Below are positions 47,672-58,796 of a DNA stretch of 64,000 nt, in pieces. The translations under genes were made by a program, and so were the position numbers. The notes under the pieces are model-generated. The model was given only the letters and a program-made list of their open reading frames with translations. It was not told where the DNA came from and made no database searches. Each line of letters opens with the position of its first letter. Position 1 is the stretch's first letter. This DNA is from Dehalococcoidia bacterium (GTDB lineage: Bacteria > Chloroflexota > Dehalococcoidia > SpSt-223), in the NCBI GenBank assembly GCA_046328265.1, contig JAXLWW010000001.1, forward strand, positions 565,414-629,413, read 5' to 3'.

Positions 47672-48856
47672 GTGGAGTTCAGTTTCAAAGACCACGACGA
47701 GTTCCGGAACGACGTCGTTGCTTGGTGCAAGCAGAAATGGCCGCCGCATGGTTTCGCACCGCCGATGCGGGTCGGTCAGCGCGCCGAGACGGACTTCTGG
47801 AAAGAAGCCGAGGAGTGCCAGCAGGAACTTGGCGAGCGCGGCTGGCTGACCGGCGCCTGGCCGGTCGAGTATGGCGGTGGCGCCTGGCCGCGCGTCAAAC
47901 AAGCCATGTTCAACGAGTTGGCCGCCTATCACCGGATCCGGGGCACCGGCAACGCGAACCTCGGGGTCAGCACGATTGGCCCAACGATCATGATTTACGG
48001 CTCCGACGAGCAGAAAGAGAAATTCCTGCCCATGATCTCGCGCGGCGAGATCCGCTGGTCCCAGGGCTATTCGGAGCCAGACGCCGGGTCGGACCTCGCG
48101 AGCCTCCGGACGCGCGCCGTCGCCGATGGAGACGAGTTTGTTATCAACGGCGCCAAGATTTGGAATCACTCCCAGCACTCGGACTACATCTTCCTGCTCA
48201 CCCGCACCGACCCAGACGTGCCGAAGCACAAAGGCATCACCCAGTTCATACTGCCCCGCCACTCGCCCGGCGTGACGGTCCAGCCGATCCTCGATGCCTA
48301 TGGACAGGAGCGATGGACCCTGCTCACCCTCGAAGACGTTCGCCTGCCGCGGTCGGCGATGGTCGGCGAACTGAATCGTGGCTGGTATCAGACCGCTACC
48401 TCGCTCGACTTCGAGCGCTCGCAGATGGCTTGGGTCGGCCAAGCGCGTCGGCTGCTGGAGCAGTTGATCGAAGGGCTGAAGACCGAAACTCGTCATGGCC
48501 AGCCGGTCCTGGGCGACCCCTTCGTCCGCGACACGATCGGCCATGAACTGGTCTGTCTGGAGATGGCACGCTGGTTCGGCTATCGGATCGCCTACCTGCA
48601 AGATCAAGGCCGGGTGCCGAACGCCGAAGCATCGATGTCCAAGGTGTTTGCGACCGAAACCCAGCAGCGGATTCAACGGCTTGGGGTGAACCTGCTCGGG
48701 CCGCTTGGCCTGCTGTCGCAAGGCTCGGAATGGGCCAAGATGGACGGCTATTGGGACGAGGAGTACTGGAATGCGCCCGGCACGACTCTGGCCGGCGGCG
48801 CGTCGGAGATCCAGCGCAACATCATCGCCACTCGCGGCCTTGGGCTGCCGCGCTAG
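47672..48856 (+). CDS. Acyl-CoA dehydrogenase family protein.
   Basis: WSQGYSEPDAGSDLASLRTRAVADGDEFVINGAKIW (ACAD signature). 394 aa. Confidence 0.85.
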   Translation: MEFSFKDHDEFRNDVVAWCKQKWPPHGFAPPMRVGQRAETDFWKEAEECQQELGERGWLTGAWPVEYGGGAWPRVKQAMFNELAAYHRIRGTGNANLGVSTIGPTIMIYGSDEQKEKFLPMISRGEIRWSQGYSEPDAGSDLASLRTRAVADGDEFVINGAKIWNHSQHSDYIFLLTRTDPDVPKHKGITQFILPRHSPGVTVQPILDAYGQERWTLLTLEDVRLPRSAMVGELNRGWYQTATSLDFERSQMAWVGQARRLLEQLIEGLKTETRHGQPVLGDPFVRDTIGHELVCLEMARWFGYRIAYLQDQGRVPNAEASMSKVFATETQQRIQRLGVNLLGPLGLLSQGSEWAKMDGYWDEEYWNAPGTTLAGGASEIQRNIIATRGLGLPR

Positions 48857-48863
48857 GAGGACA

Positions 48864-49944
48864 GGTGCTCGAGCTTCAGCTCAACGAAGAAGAGGCGTTC
48901 ATCCAGCGCGTCGCACGCGACTTTCTTCGCGATCGGGTGCCAACCCGCGAGGTGCGTGACGTCGAGCGCTCGCCGGTCGGCTATGACGAAGCCGTCTGGA
49001 AGGAAATCCAAGACCTTGGCTGGGTCGGCCTGCCATTCAGCAGTGAAGTCGGTGGCTCGGAATCGAGCTTTGTCTCGGTGGCGGTGTTGGCGGAAGAGCT
49101 TGGCCACGCCTGCTATCCCGGTCCTCTCCGGGCGGTCTGGTCCTACGGTCTGTTGTTGGAAAAGCTCAACGATACCGCCAACCTATCGTCGCTTATCGCC
49201 GGCGAGCAGGTCGGCGTACCGGCGCTTTGGGAAGCGGGTGGCCCCTTTGACCTCGACGCGACCAGCGCAACGGTCGATGCCGATGGAACCCTTGCGGGGA
49301 CGAAACTGCTGGTCGCCTATGCAAACGCGGCCAACCGCTACCTCGTGCTGGCGCGCCAGGGAGATGCGCTGCGGTTGGCCCTGGTCGATGCCGGAACGGT
49401 CGAGCGAATCAAGACGCCGTCCTCGACCGGTGACCCGCTGTTTGCTCTCAAGCTCGATGGCGCGAAGGCGATCCAGGTGTATGCAGCGGACGGCCGGGCG
49501 GTGCTGGGGGAGGTCTTGCTCAAACTGGCGGCGATTGACTGCGCCTGGATGGTCGGCCTGGCCGGGAAGGCGTTTGAGTTGGCGGTCGAATACGCCAAGA
49601 CGCGGGTCCAGTTTGGCCGGCCGATTGGCGCGTTTCAGGCTGTCCAGCACAAGATCGCCGACATCGGCATCGACGTCGAGGGTGGCCGTTTCCTCGCCTA
49701 TCGCGCGGCCTGGGCGGTTGAGAAATCACCTGCTGAGGCCGACTTGGCGATCCATTACGCCAAGGCCTGGCTCAACGGGGCGACCGAGCATATCGTCAAG
49801 GAGGGGTTCCAGGTCCATGGCGCGATGGGCATGACCTGGGAATATGACTTGCAGCTTGCCCTCCGCAGGCTGAAGTTCTCCAGCCTCTGCTACGGCGACG
49901 AGCATTTCCACCGCAACAAGGTGCTCGAAGCCATCGGCGTCTGA
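48864..49944 (+). CDS. Acyl-CoA dehydrogenase family protein (second, probable partner subunit). GTG start after AGGAGG.
   Basis: C-terminal ACAD domain pattern (FGRPIGAFQAVQHKIADIGIDVEG...QVHGAMGMTWEYDLQLALRRLK). Confidence 0.75.
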
Positions 49945-49964
49945 AAGTCACGGGCGAGCGGCCG

Positions 49965-51464
49965 CTACCGGTGCGTTTGAAGATCGGTCTGGGTCGCTCG
50001 CGTCCTAATTGTGAAAACGCTGTCTCCCGATAGGACGCCGCCGCGGCCAAACAGTCGGCCGCCTTGCCAGTTCGAAAGACCAAGCTCGGGCCGATTCAAC
50101 GCATACTGACCGTCCACCCAACGGGTGAATCCATTGCCGACAAAGGGTGCATCGATCGCCCGGAAGAACGCCTCATCCGCACCGGGCCGCGTGCTGATCA
50201 ACGAGGCGATGAAGCGCGGGCTGTAGGCATTACAGAGCCGTACCGCTTCGTCCACGCTTTCGACACCGACCAGGGTCAACTCCGGTGTCTCCTCCCACTC
50301 CCATTCCGTCCCCAACTCCTCGATTGGTAGCCGTTCGGCGAGCGTCTCCTGGCGGTCGCCCTCGGCGCGTCGGATCGTCACGACCCGCCCGAACCAATCG
50401 GCCGGGACGAGGTCTTCTGACCCCTCTGCCACGTGCAGTTTCACGCCAAACCGCAGGTCGCCGACCTCGAGGATCGTGGCAAGGAACCTCGAAACAAGCT
50501 CGGGGCGCGACCGAACTATCGCGCAGACGTTGAGCGAATTGCACACCTTGCGGTCGAGCGAGTGACCGACGGCCGCGGCAAAGGCGTCAGCATCGGCGCT
50601 CTCGTCGGCGATGATCCAGGCGCCGCCGGTGCCGTGCAGACTGACCGGAACTCCGGCCTGACGGGCAACCGCGCCAAGCTGTGCCACGGCCTGGCCGCTG
50701 CCGCGGGCAACTGCCAGGGCAAGCCGGCCATCGGCGAACATCGCCCAGCCAGCCGCCCGTTCGGCGCTCTCGACCAACTCGACGACGCCTTCGGGAAGAC
50801 CCGCTTCGGCCACCGCCGGACGAAGCGCCGCCGCCATCATTGCCTGCGCCGTTTTCAGGGCGTCGCTCCCGATCCGAAAGACCACCGTGTTTCCGCCACG
50901 CAACACACCGGTTGCATCGGCAAAAACGTTGGGACGCCCCTCGAAGACGAAGCCGACCACGCCCAGACCATCGACCACCTGCTCAACCGTCCAGCCTTCA
51001 TGCTCGATTGTCTCGACTACCCGGCCACGTGGACTGGGAAGGTCGCGCCAGAGGCGCAGCCCGGCAATCATGTCGGCGCGCATCCTCTCGCTCACCGCGA
51101 GGCGAGTCGTCGATCTGCCGCGCGCTCGGGCGGCAGCGACATCTTCGGCGTTCGCCTGAACCACCTGATGCCAGATTGTCTCGTTCTCCAAGTGCCGGGC
51201 GAATTCCTCATAGAAGCGGGTGATTGCCTCGTCCGATACCGACCCCAGTGCCAGAAACGCAGAAGCCGCCCGGTCGATTGCGGTGGCGGCGACGCGCTGC
51301 ACCTCTGCCGGCAGGTGGAGGATTTCCCCGTCAATCACGATCAACTGGTCGCCCGGCTTGAAACGTTCCGCGAGCGCAGCATCGACGTGTGCCAACCGGT
51401 TTCCGCCGTAGAGGATCGGCATGCCCGCCGCGAGGGTCGTCAGGATTGGCGTCTCGATCAGCAT
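49965..51464 (-). CDS. Aldehyde dehydrogenase superfamily, ProA (gamma-glutamyl phosphate reductase)-like, with a ~70-aa N-terminal extension.
   Basis: FEGRPNVFADATGVLRGGNTVVFRIGSDAL and GAWIIADESADADAFAAAVGHSLDRKVCNSLNVCAIV parallel the ProA blocks (SRPNV...LKGGSEA, catalytic-Cys region TCNAAETLLVH). Confidence 0.5.
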   Translation of the reverse strand: MLIETPILTTLAAGMPILYGGNRLAHVDAALAERFKPGDQLIVIDGEILHLPAEVQRVAATAIDRAASAFLALGSVSDEAITRFYEEFARHLENETIWHQVVQANAEDVAAARARGRSTTRLAVSERMRADMIAGLRLWRDLPSPRGRVVETIEHEGWTVEQVVDGLGVVGFVFEGRPNVFADATGVLRGGNTVVFRIGSDALKTAQAMMAAALRPAVAEAGLPEGVVELVESAERAAGWAMFADGRLALAVARGSGQAVAQLGAVARQAGVPVSLHGTGGAWIIADESADADAFAAAVGHSLDRKVCNSLNVCAIVRSRPELVSRFLATILEVGDLRFGVKLHVAEGSEDLVPADWFGRVVTIRRAEGDRQETLAERLPIEELGTEWEWEETPELTLVGVESVDEAVRLCNAYSPRFIASLISTRPGADEAFFRAIDAPFVGNGFTRWVDGQYALNRPELGLSNWQGGRLFGRGGVLSGDSVFTIRTRATQTDLQTHR

Positions 51465-51746
51465 ACTCGCAGTATGCCATGCCTGGAGCGGGCATAGCGA
51501 CCTCCGATGCGCGCTTCCCTGCCGCTTCGCACGGCGCGGTATCTGAACGGAAAGGCGAAACCAGCAACACCGAAACGACGAGGGATCGCCATCCCGAGGT
51601 CGTCGGGGGAGGTCCGCTCAGGTTGTGAGGACCGGGCCGGGTTGGATACACTTTCGGTGATTACGCACGCCCGTGGATCCCGGCGGTCCTGCCCAGTCTG
51701 GGCCCCGGCCGGCGCCGAAGCGGGCGGAGGAAAGAAAGGATTCGCC

Positions 51747-52505
51747 GTGCCTTCTGTTGTCTCCATGAAAACGTTGCTGGAAGCTGGTGTCCACTTTGGC
51801 CACCAAACGCGCCGTTGGGACCCTCGGATGAAGCAGTACATCTTCACCGAGCGAAACGGTATTCACATCATCGATCTCCAGCAGACCGTTACCAAGCTGA
51901 ACGAGGCGTACAACTTCGTCCGCGAACTGACTGCCGGCGGCGGTCGAATCATCTTCGTTGGCACCAAGAAGCAAGCCCAAGAGGCGGTCGAACAGGAAGC
52001 GGCCCGCGCCGGCCAGTTCTACATCAACCATCGTTGGCTCGGCGGCACGCTGACCAACTTCCGCACCATCGAGCAGCGTTTGGCGTACCTGGTCCGCCTG
52101 CATGACCGAAAGCTGAAGGGCGAGTTCGAGTACCTACCGAAGAAGGAAGTGATTAAGCTCGAGGAAGAACTGGCAAAGCTTCAGAGGCTTCTCGGCGGCG
52201 TGCTCGAGATGACGAGCCTTCCGCAGGCGTTGTTCATCATCGATCCAAACAAGGAGCGGATCGCGGTCGCCGAGGCTCGTCGGCTCGAGATCCCGATTGT
52301 CGCGTTGGTGGATACCAACTGCAATCCGGACGAGATCGACTATCCAATTCCGGCCAACGACGATGCAATCAGAGCCGTCAAGCTGCTGGCCGGCAAGATC
52401 GCCGACGCCTGCATGGAAGGCCAGAGGATCGCCCAGGAGTTGGACGAGGGTTCGGACACTCCGACGCCCGACAAGGACGCTGAAGCAGAAGAAGCCGAGG
52501 AATAG
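51747..52505 (+). CDS. rpsB: 30S ribosomal protein S2 (GTG start).
   Basis: [45 protein letters not shown]. Confidence 0.95.
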   Translation: MPSVVSMKTLLEAGVHFGHQTRRWDPRMKQYIFTERNGIHIIDLQQTVTKLNEAYNFVRELTAGGGRIIFVGTKKQAQEAVEQEAARAGQFYINHRWLGGTLTNFRTIEQRLAYLVRLHDRKLKGEFEYLPKKEVIKLEEELAKLQRLLGGVLEMTSLPQALFIIDPNKERIAVAEARRLEIPIVALVDTNCNPDEIDYPIPANDDAIRAVKLLAGKIADACMEGQRIAQELDEGSDTPTPDKDAEAEEAEE

Positions 52506-52570
52506 ATCAAGCCGGTTGGCCGGTTTTTCCCAAGACGTTGCTGTATCTCTTGTAACTAGATGGAGGATCG

Positions 52571-53805
<1,235 letters not shown>

Positions 53806-53835
53806 TACCGCCATCGGTCTTGACGGAGGGTACCG

Positions 53836-54393
53836 GTGATTGAGGAAGTCATTTCCGACGCCGAACAACGGATGCACAAGACAGTCGAATCACTCAAACG
53901 CGAGCTAGCGAACATCCGCACCGGTCGCGCGTCGCCAGGCCTGATCGAGCGGCTCCCCGTCGACTACTACGGCACCGCTACCCCGCTCCAGCAGCTTGCT
54001 CAGATCGCGACGTCCGAAGCACGCACTCTCGTGATCACGCCATATGACCGCGGCGCCTTTAGCGGTATCGAGAAGGCAATCCAGAAGTCCGATCTCGGCC
54101 TCAATCCGTCCAACGATGGCCGGGTGATCCGGATCGTCTTTCCGCCACTCACCGAGGAGCGGAGAAAGGATCTGGTCCGGCTCGTACGCAAGCAAGTCGA
54201 AGAACATAAGGTCGCGATGCGGAACATCCGGCGGGATTCGGACAAGCTGATGCGCGAGTTGCAAAAGGAAGGTGGGATCTCGGCTGACGAGGAGAAGCGC
54301 GCGGAGGACCGGCTTCAGAAGCTGACCGACCAAGGTACAACCGAGGTCGAAAAGATCGGCAAACTGAAAGAAGCCGAAGTGCTCGAGGTCTAG
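53836..54393 (+). CDS. frr: Ribosome recycling factor.
   Basis: ANIRTGRASPGLIERLPVDYYG, VAMRNIRRDS. 185 aa. Confidence 0.95.
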   Translation: MIEEVISDAEQRMHKTVESLKRELANIRTGRASPGLIERLPVDYYGTATPLQQLAQIATSEARTLVITPYDRGAFSGIEKAIQKSDLGLNPSNDGRVIRIVFPPLTEERRKDLVRLVRKQVEEHKVAMRNIRRDSDKLMRELQKEGGISADEEKRAEDRLQKLTDQGTTEVEKIGKLKEAEVLEV

Positions 54394-54395
54394 AC

Positions 54396-55163
54396 ATGAA
54401 GGCAATGCGCCACGACCGCGAGCCACTGGTTGGAGTGAACACCGACCCGGCCGGCGATCCGGCTATCCAGCCCGTTCCACGTCACGTCGCAATCATCATG
54501 GACGGCAATGGCCGCTGGGCAAAGCAGCGCCGTCTGCCACGCCAAGCCGGCCATCGCGCCGGCACCGAGAACATCCGCCGTATCATCGAAGGTTTCGCTG
54601 AGCACGGCGTCGAGTGCCTGACGCTTTATGCGTTTTCGACCGAAAACTGGACGCGTCCCCCCGATGAGGTCGATTTTCTGCTCAACCTGATCCCAGAGGT
54701 GCTCGACCGCGAAACCGAGAAGTTGCACGAGCGCGGCGCTCGACTGCTCCACGTTGGCCGGCTGGATGCGCTCGCCCCGGAAATTCAGCGTGCCGTCAAC
54801 GATGCGATTGAACTCACAAAGGAAAATCAACGGATCACCGTCAACCTGGCTTTCAACTATGGCGGCCGGGCCGAGATTGTCGATGCGGTCCGGGCGATCG
54901 TTGCCGCTGGGATCGCACCCGAGGCGATCACTGATGAGGTGATCACCGCCCATCTCTACACTGCTGGACTGCCGGATCCAGACCTCGTGATCCGCACCGC
55001 CGGAGAAATGCGCCTGTCGAACTTCCTGATCTGGCAGGCCGCCTACGCTGAGTACTACTCGACCCCGGTATACTGGCCAGACTTCGGCAAGAACGAAGTG
55101 CGGGAAGCGCTCCTTGCCTTCAGCCAGCGTAAGCGCCGGTTCGGCGGGCTCGACCCCCACTGA
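54396..55163 (+). CDS. uppS: Di-trans,poly-cis-undecaprenyl-diphosphate synthase.
   Basis: HVAIIMDGNGRWA, AFSTENWTRP, RTAGEMRLSNFLIWQAAYAEYY. Confidence 0.95.
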   Translation: MKAMRHDREPLVGVNTDPAGDPAIQPVPRHVAIIMDGNGRWAKQRRLPRQAGHRAGTENIRRIIEGFAEHGVECLTLYAFSTENWTRPPDEVDFLLNLIPEVLDRETEKLHERGARLLHVGRLDALAPEIQRAVNDAIELTKENQRITVNLAFNYGGRAEIVDAVRAIVAAGIAPEAITDEVITAHLYTAGLPDPDLVIRTAGEMRLSNFLIWQAAYAEYYSTPVYWPDFGKNEVREALLAFSQRKRRFGGLDPH

Positions 55164-55170
55164 GGAGCCT

Positions 55171-55989
55171 ATGCTCCGTCTTCGGGTGATCAGTTCACTG
55201 ATCTTGATCCCGATCCTGGTTGGCGCGGCCTGGTTTGGTGAACCCTGGGTTTCCATAGTCGTCGGTGCGTTCGTCCTAGCGGGCGCCTATGAATTCATGG
55301 TGCTTGCCGAGCGAGCCGGGTATTACCCGCTCAAGCTGACTGGCATCGTGCTGGCATTCCTCTTTCTCATCGCCGCCAGCGTTCAGGCGAACCTGCTGGC
55401 CGCCAGCCGGCAGAATGTCGTGCCGGTCGCGCTCACCGTCGCGGTCGTCGCGGTGCTGGTCATCCGGCTGTTTCGCAAGGATGCAACGGAGGCATTCGCG
55501 GACTGGGGGGTCACGCTTGGTGGAGCGCTCTGGACCGGATGGCTTCTCGCCCATTGGGTGCTTTTGCGTGATTTCGAGCCGAACGGCCGGTCTTGGGTGA
55601 TCCTGGCGCTTCTGCTCACCTTCACCTCGGACACCAGTGCCTATACCTTTGGCCGGACGCTCGGGCGGCATCGCCTGGTCCCGACGATCAGCCCGAGCAA
55701 GACCTGGGAGGGCGCAGCCGGATCGCTGATCGTCACCCCGTTTATGGCCTGGGCCTTGACGGTCCTGCTGGGGCTACCGGTTGCGCCGGTTCCGGCGCTA
55801 GGGCTTGGGCTGGCGGTCAGCCTGGCAGCCCAGACCGGCGACCTGGTCGAGTCGGCGATCAAAAGAGCCGCCCAGGTCAAAGATGCGGGCGGGCTGATCC
55901 CGGGTCACGGCGGTGTGCTCGATCGGATGGACAGCCTCACCTTTGTCGCGGTGGTCGTATACTATCTGGGTCCGCTGCTTAGCTCCTGA
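55171..55989 (+). CDS. cdsA: Phosphatidate cytidylyltransferase.
   Basis: Polytopic. C-terminal SAIKRAAQVKDAGGLIPGHGGVLDRMDS (CdsA signature). Position after uppS. Confidence 0.85.
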   Translation: MLRLRVISSLILIPILVGAAWFGEPWVSIVVGAFVLAGAYEFMVLAERAGYYPLKLTGIVLAFLFLIAASVQANLLAASRQNVVPVALTVAVVAVLVIRLFRKDATEAFADWGVTLGGALWTGWLLAHWVLLRDFEPNGRSWVILALLLTFTSDTSAYTFGRTLGRHRLVPTISPSKTWEGAAGSLIVTPFMAWALTVLLGLPVAPVPALGLGLAVSLAAQTGDLVESAIKRAAQVKDAGGLIPGHGGVLDRMDSLTFVAVVVYYLGPLLSS

Positions 55990-55994
55990 CGGTT

Positions 55995-57170
55995 GTGAGG
56001 CGCCACTCGATGAGCATTCCACGCCGGATCGCCATTCTCGGCTCAACCGGTTCGATCGGTACCCAGACCCTCGATGTGGTTCGTGCCTTTCCCGATCGGT
56101 TTGAGATCGTTGCGCTTGCCGCCGGACGGGTCACCCCACAATTTCGTGACCAGGTCGCCGAGTTTGCGCCAAGGCTGGTTGCGAGCCGCGACGAACCGGG
56201 TTGGTCAGCCGACGACGGGCATTCGGCGAGCCTCGAGGAGATTGCCACCGCCGATGATGTCGATTTGGTGGTGATGGCGACGCCCGGTGGTGCGGGCATC
56301 GGACCAACCGTCGCCGCACTCGATGCTGGCAAGCCGGTTGCTCTCGCCAACAAGGAAGCGCTGGTTGCGGCCGGCGAGATCGCGACGGCCGCCGCTCAGC
56401 GGAGTGGCGCACCGATCTTGCCGATCGACAGCGAGCATAGCGCCCTCTGGCAATGTCTCCACGAGCAGGCTGCCTGCGTCCCGCCGAGTGCCACGCCGAT
56501 GGGCATCGAGCGGCTGATCCTGACCGCCTCGGGCGGCGCGTTTCGCGATCGTCCGGCCGAAACGCTTGCCTCGTTGAAAGCCGAGGACGCCCTGAATCAT
56601 CCCACCTGGGCGATGGGGCCAAAGGTGACGATTGACAGCGCCAGCTTGCTGAACAAAGGGTTCGAACTTATCGAGGCGCACTGGCTGTTCGGTCTGCCCT
56701 ACGACCGGCTTGCCGTCTTGATCCACCGTGAGAGCATCGTCCATTCGTTGGTCGAGTTCGTGGATGGCGCACTCAAAGCGCAACTTGGCGCGCCGGACAT
56801 GCGCACGCCGATCCAGTATGCCCTGACCTTCCCAGAGCGTCTCGCCAACGAGCGGCTGCCACGGCTCGACCTCGGAGCGATTGGCCAACTCCGGTTTGAG
56901 AACCCCGAGGTAGGACGGTACCCGCTGCTCGACCTTGCGCTTGCAGCCGGCCGGGCTGGCGACGCCTATCCAGCGGTGCTGGGCGGTGCGGACGAGGCCG
57001 CCGTCGATCTGTTCCTCCGCGACGAGATTCGCTTTGGAGACCTTGCCCCGTTGGTCGGCCTGGCGCTCGATGCGTTTACCGGGAGCGGCGAACTTACCCT
57101 TGAGGCGGTTCTCGATGCCGACCGCTGGGCTCGGCAGTATGTCTATCAGCAGGTCAGGGTTGCGGTGTAG
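55995..57170 (+). CDS. dxr: 1-deoxy-D-xylulose 5-phosphate reductoisomerase (start may be the internal Met at 56010).
   Basis: RIAILGSTGSIGTQTLDV, LANKEALV, IDSEHSALWQCL, NHPTWAMGPKVTIDSASLLNKG. Confidence 0.95.
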   Translation: MRRHSMSIPRRIAILGSTGSIGTQTLDVVRAFPDRFEIVALAAGRVTPQFRDQVAEFAPRLVASRDEPGWSADDGHSASLEEIATADDVDLVVMATPGGAGIGPTVAALDAGKPVALANKEALVAAGEIATAAAQRSGAPILPIDSEHSALWQCLHEQAACVPPSATPMGIERLILTASGGAFRDRPAETLASLKAEDALNHPTWAMGPKVTIDSASLLNKGFELIEAHWLFGLPYDRLAVLIHRESIVHSLVEFVDGALKAQLGAPDMRTPIQYALTFPERLANERLPRLDLGAIGQLRFENPEVGRYPLLDLALAAGRAGDAYPAVLGGADEAAVDLFLRDEIRFGDLAPLVGLALDAFTGSGELTLEAVLDADRWARQYVYQQVRVAV

Positions 57171-57272
57171 CCGAGCGTGCCGCGGGCCTCGAAAATTCAG
57201 AACGACGACGCTCGGTGGCAGGCTGGACCGAACTTCCACTGCTGAGCAATAGACCGTATTAGGATTGCAACG

Positions 57273-58775
57273 ATGGAAATCGAGATCAAGCTGCGTTTGC
57301 TCGAACGGGCAACCGCCGACGATCTCGCCGCGATCGACTTCGCACCCTACGTCCGTGCCGAGCCTGAGCGGCACGACCTCCAGGATTGGTTGTTCGACAC
57401 CGCCGACGGGGTGCTCGCTGCCCGCCGGCAGGCGCTGCGTGTCCGGCGCGACGGCGGCCGGTTGCTCGTCACCTACAAAGGGCCACCCGAGGGTTCGGGA
57501 CATCTCCACCAACGCGAGGAAATCGAGGTCCTGGTCGAGCACGAACCGGCTGAGAGCGGTGACTGGCCGCCGGCAATCCGCGAGGCTATCGGCGAGATCG
57601 ACCCGATGGCGCTCACCATCATCGTTGGAGTCACGAACCATCGCATCGCCTGGCGCCTGTACCGCGACGGCGCACCGGTGGCCGAGCTTGTCCTCGATGA
57701 TGGCCAGGTCGCGGTTGGAGCCGAGCGGGAGGCATTCCATGAGATTGAAGTCGAGTTGTTGCCCGGTGGAACCACCGACGATTTGACGGTAATCGAGCAG
57801 CGGCTGGCCGAACGATTGAAGGTTGTACCCGAGAATCGCTCGAAGCTGGAGCGGGCTCTCACCCTGCGTCGCCGCCTGACCATTCCAGGTGGCGCGGCGT
57901 TGCCCTCGACCGGCTCGCGATCACTGCGCAAGAACCTCGACCGCCTGCGCGCGGCCGAAGGTGTCGCCTTGGAGGGGATCGACCCGGACGGTGTCCACGA
58001 CCTGCGGGTTGCGCTGCGAAGGCTCCGCACGGCGCTGCAAATCATGGCCGGGGCAGGCGTCGCTCCGAAACGGCTCGGAACGCTGCGGCGGCGCCTGCGA
58101 GCATTGGCCCGCTCGGCTGCGTCGGTGCGCGACGCCGACGTCCAACTTGCCGCCATGGACGGACTCAACGACGTGCCGGAAGGGCTTGTGGCCGCGGTAG
58201 AGCGCCAACGAGCCGAGGGCCGCGACCGGCTGATCGCTGCCCTTCAGCAGGCCAAGACCGCGCGAGCGCTCGTCCGGCTGGACGACGAGATCGTCCGCTT
58301 GCGCCGGCATGGCGAGGCGTCGCCACCGGCGAACGGCGCCCGTTGGCTGACCCGTCACTTTGCCGGGTCGCGTCTCTGGGATCGCTACGAGGCGGTTGCC
58401 GCCTATGAGGGCGCCCTTGGCGAGCCAGACGGTGAGACACTCCATCGTTTGCGGATCGCTATCAAGCGACTGCGCTACGCCATCGAGTTCTTCGAGGAGG
58501 CGCTCGGTCCTGAGGCGAAGGGAATTCGAACGCTGTTGGCGGAGTTGCAGGACCTGCTGGGCGCCCACCACGACGCGACGGTAGCGATCGACCTCGCTCA
58601 CTCGCTCGAGGGGGCCGACCCCGCAGCCGTCGATCGCTTTGTCATTGGCCGACAAGAGTTCTGCCGTGAACTCGTCCAGCAAGTACAATCTCGCTGGCAT
58701 CAGCTCGGCGGGCCGACGTTTCGCGAACTGCTCGGCCGTTGTCTCGCCCCGTCCTCCTCCGAGCGTCAGGACTAA
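57273..58775 (+). CDS. CYTH-CHAD two-domain protein (triphosphate tunnel metalloenzyme fused to a CHAD domain).
   Basis: N-terminal MEIEIKLRL (EIE-K CYTH start) with conserved acidic/basic strands, then a C-terminal helical CHAD region with recurring HxLRIAxKRLRY motifs. Confidence 0.7.
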   Translation: MEIEIKLRLLERATADDLAAIDFAPYVRAEPERHDLQDWLFDTADGVLAARRQALRVRRDGGRLLVTYKGPPEGSGHLHQREEIEVLVEHEPAESGDWPPAIREAIGEIDPMALTIIVGVTNHRIAWRLYRDGAPVAELVLDDGQVAVGAEREAFHEIEVELLPGGTTDDLTVIEQRLAERLKVVPENRSKLERALTLRRRLTIPGGAALPSTGSRSLRKNLDRLRAAEGVALEGIDPDGVHDLRVALRRLRTALQIMAGAGVAPKRLGTLRRRLRALARSAASVRDADVQLAAMDGLNDVPEGLVAAVERQRAEGRDRLIAALQQAKTARALVRLDDEIVRLRRHGEASPPANGARWLTRHFAGSRLWDRYEAVAAYEGALGEPDGETLHRLRIAIKRLRYAIEFFEEALGPEAKGIRTLLAELQDLLGAHHDATVAIDLAHSLEGADPAAVDRFVIGRQEFCRELVQQVQSRWHQLGGPTFRELLGRCLAPSSSERQD

Positions 58776-58796
58776 CGGCTTCCGTCGGGAGGACAT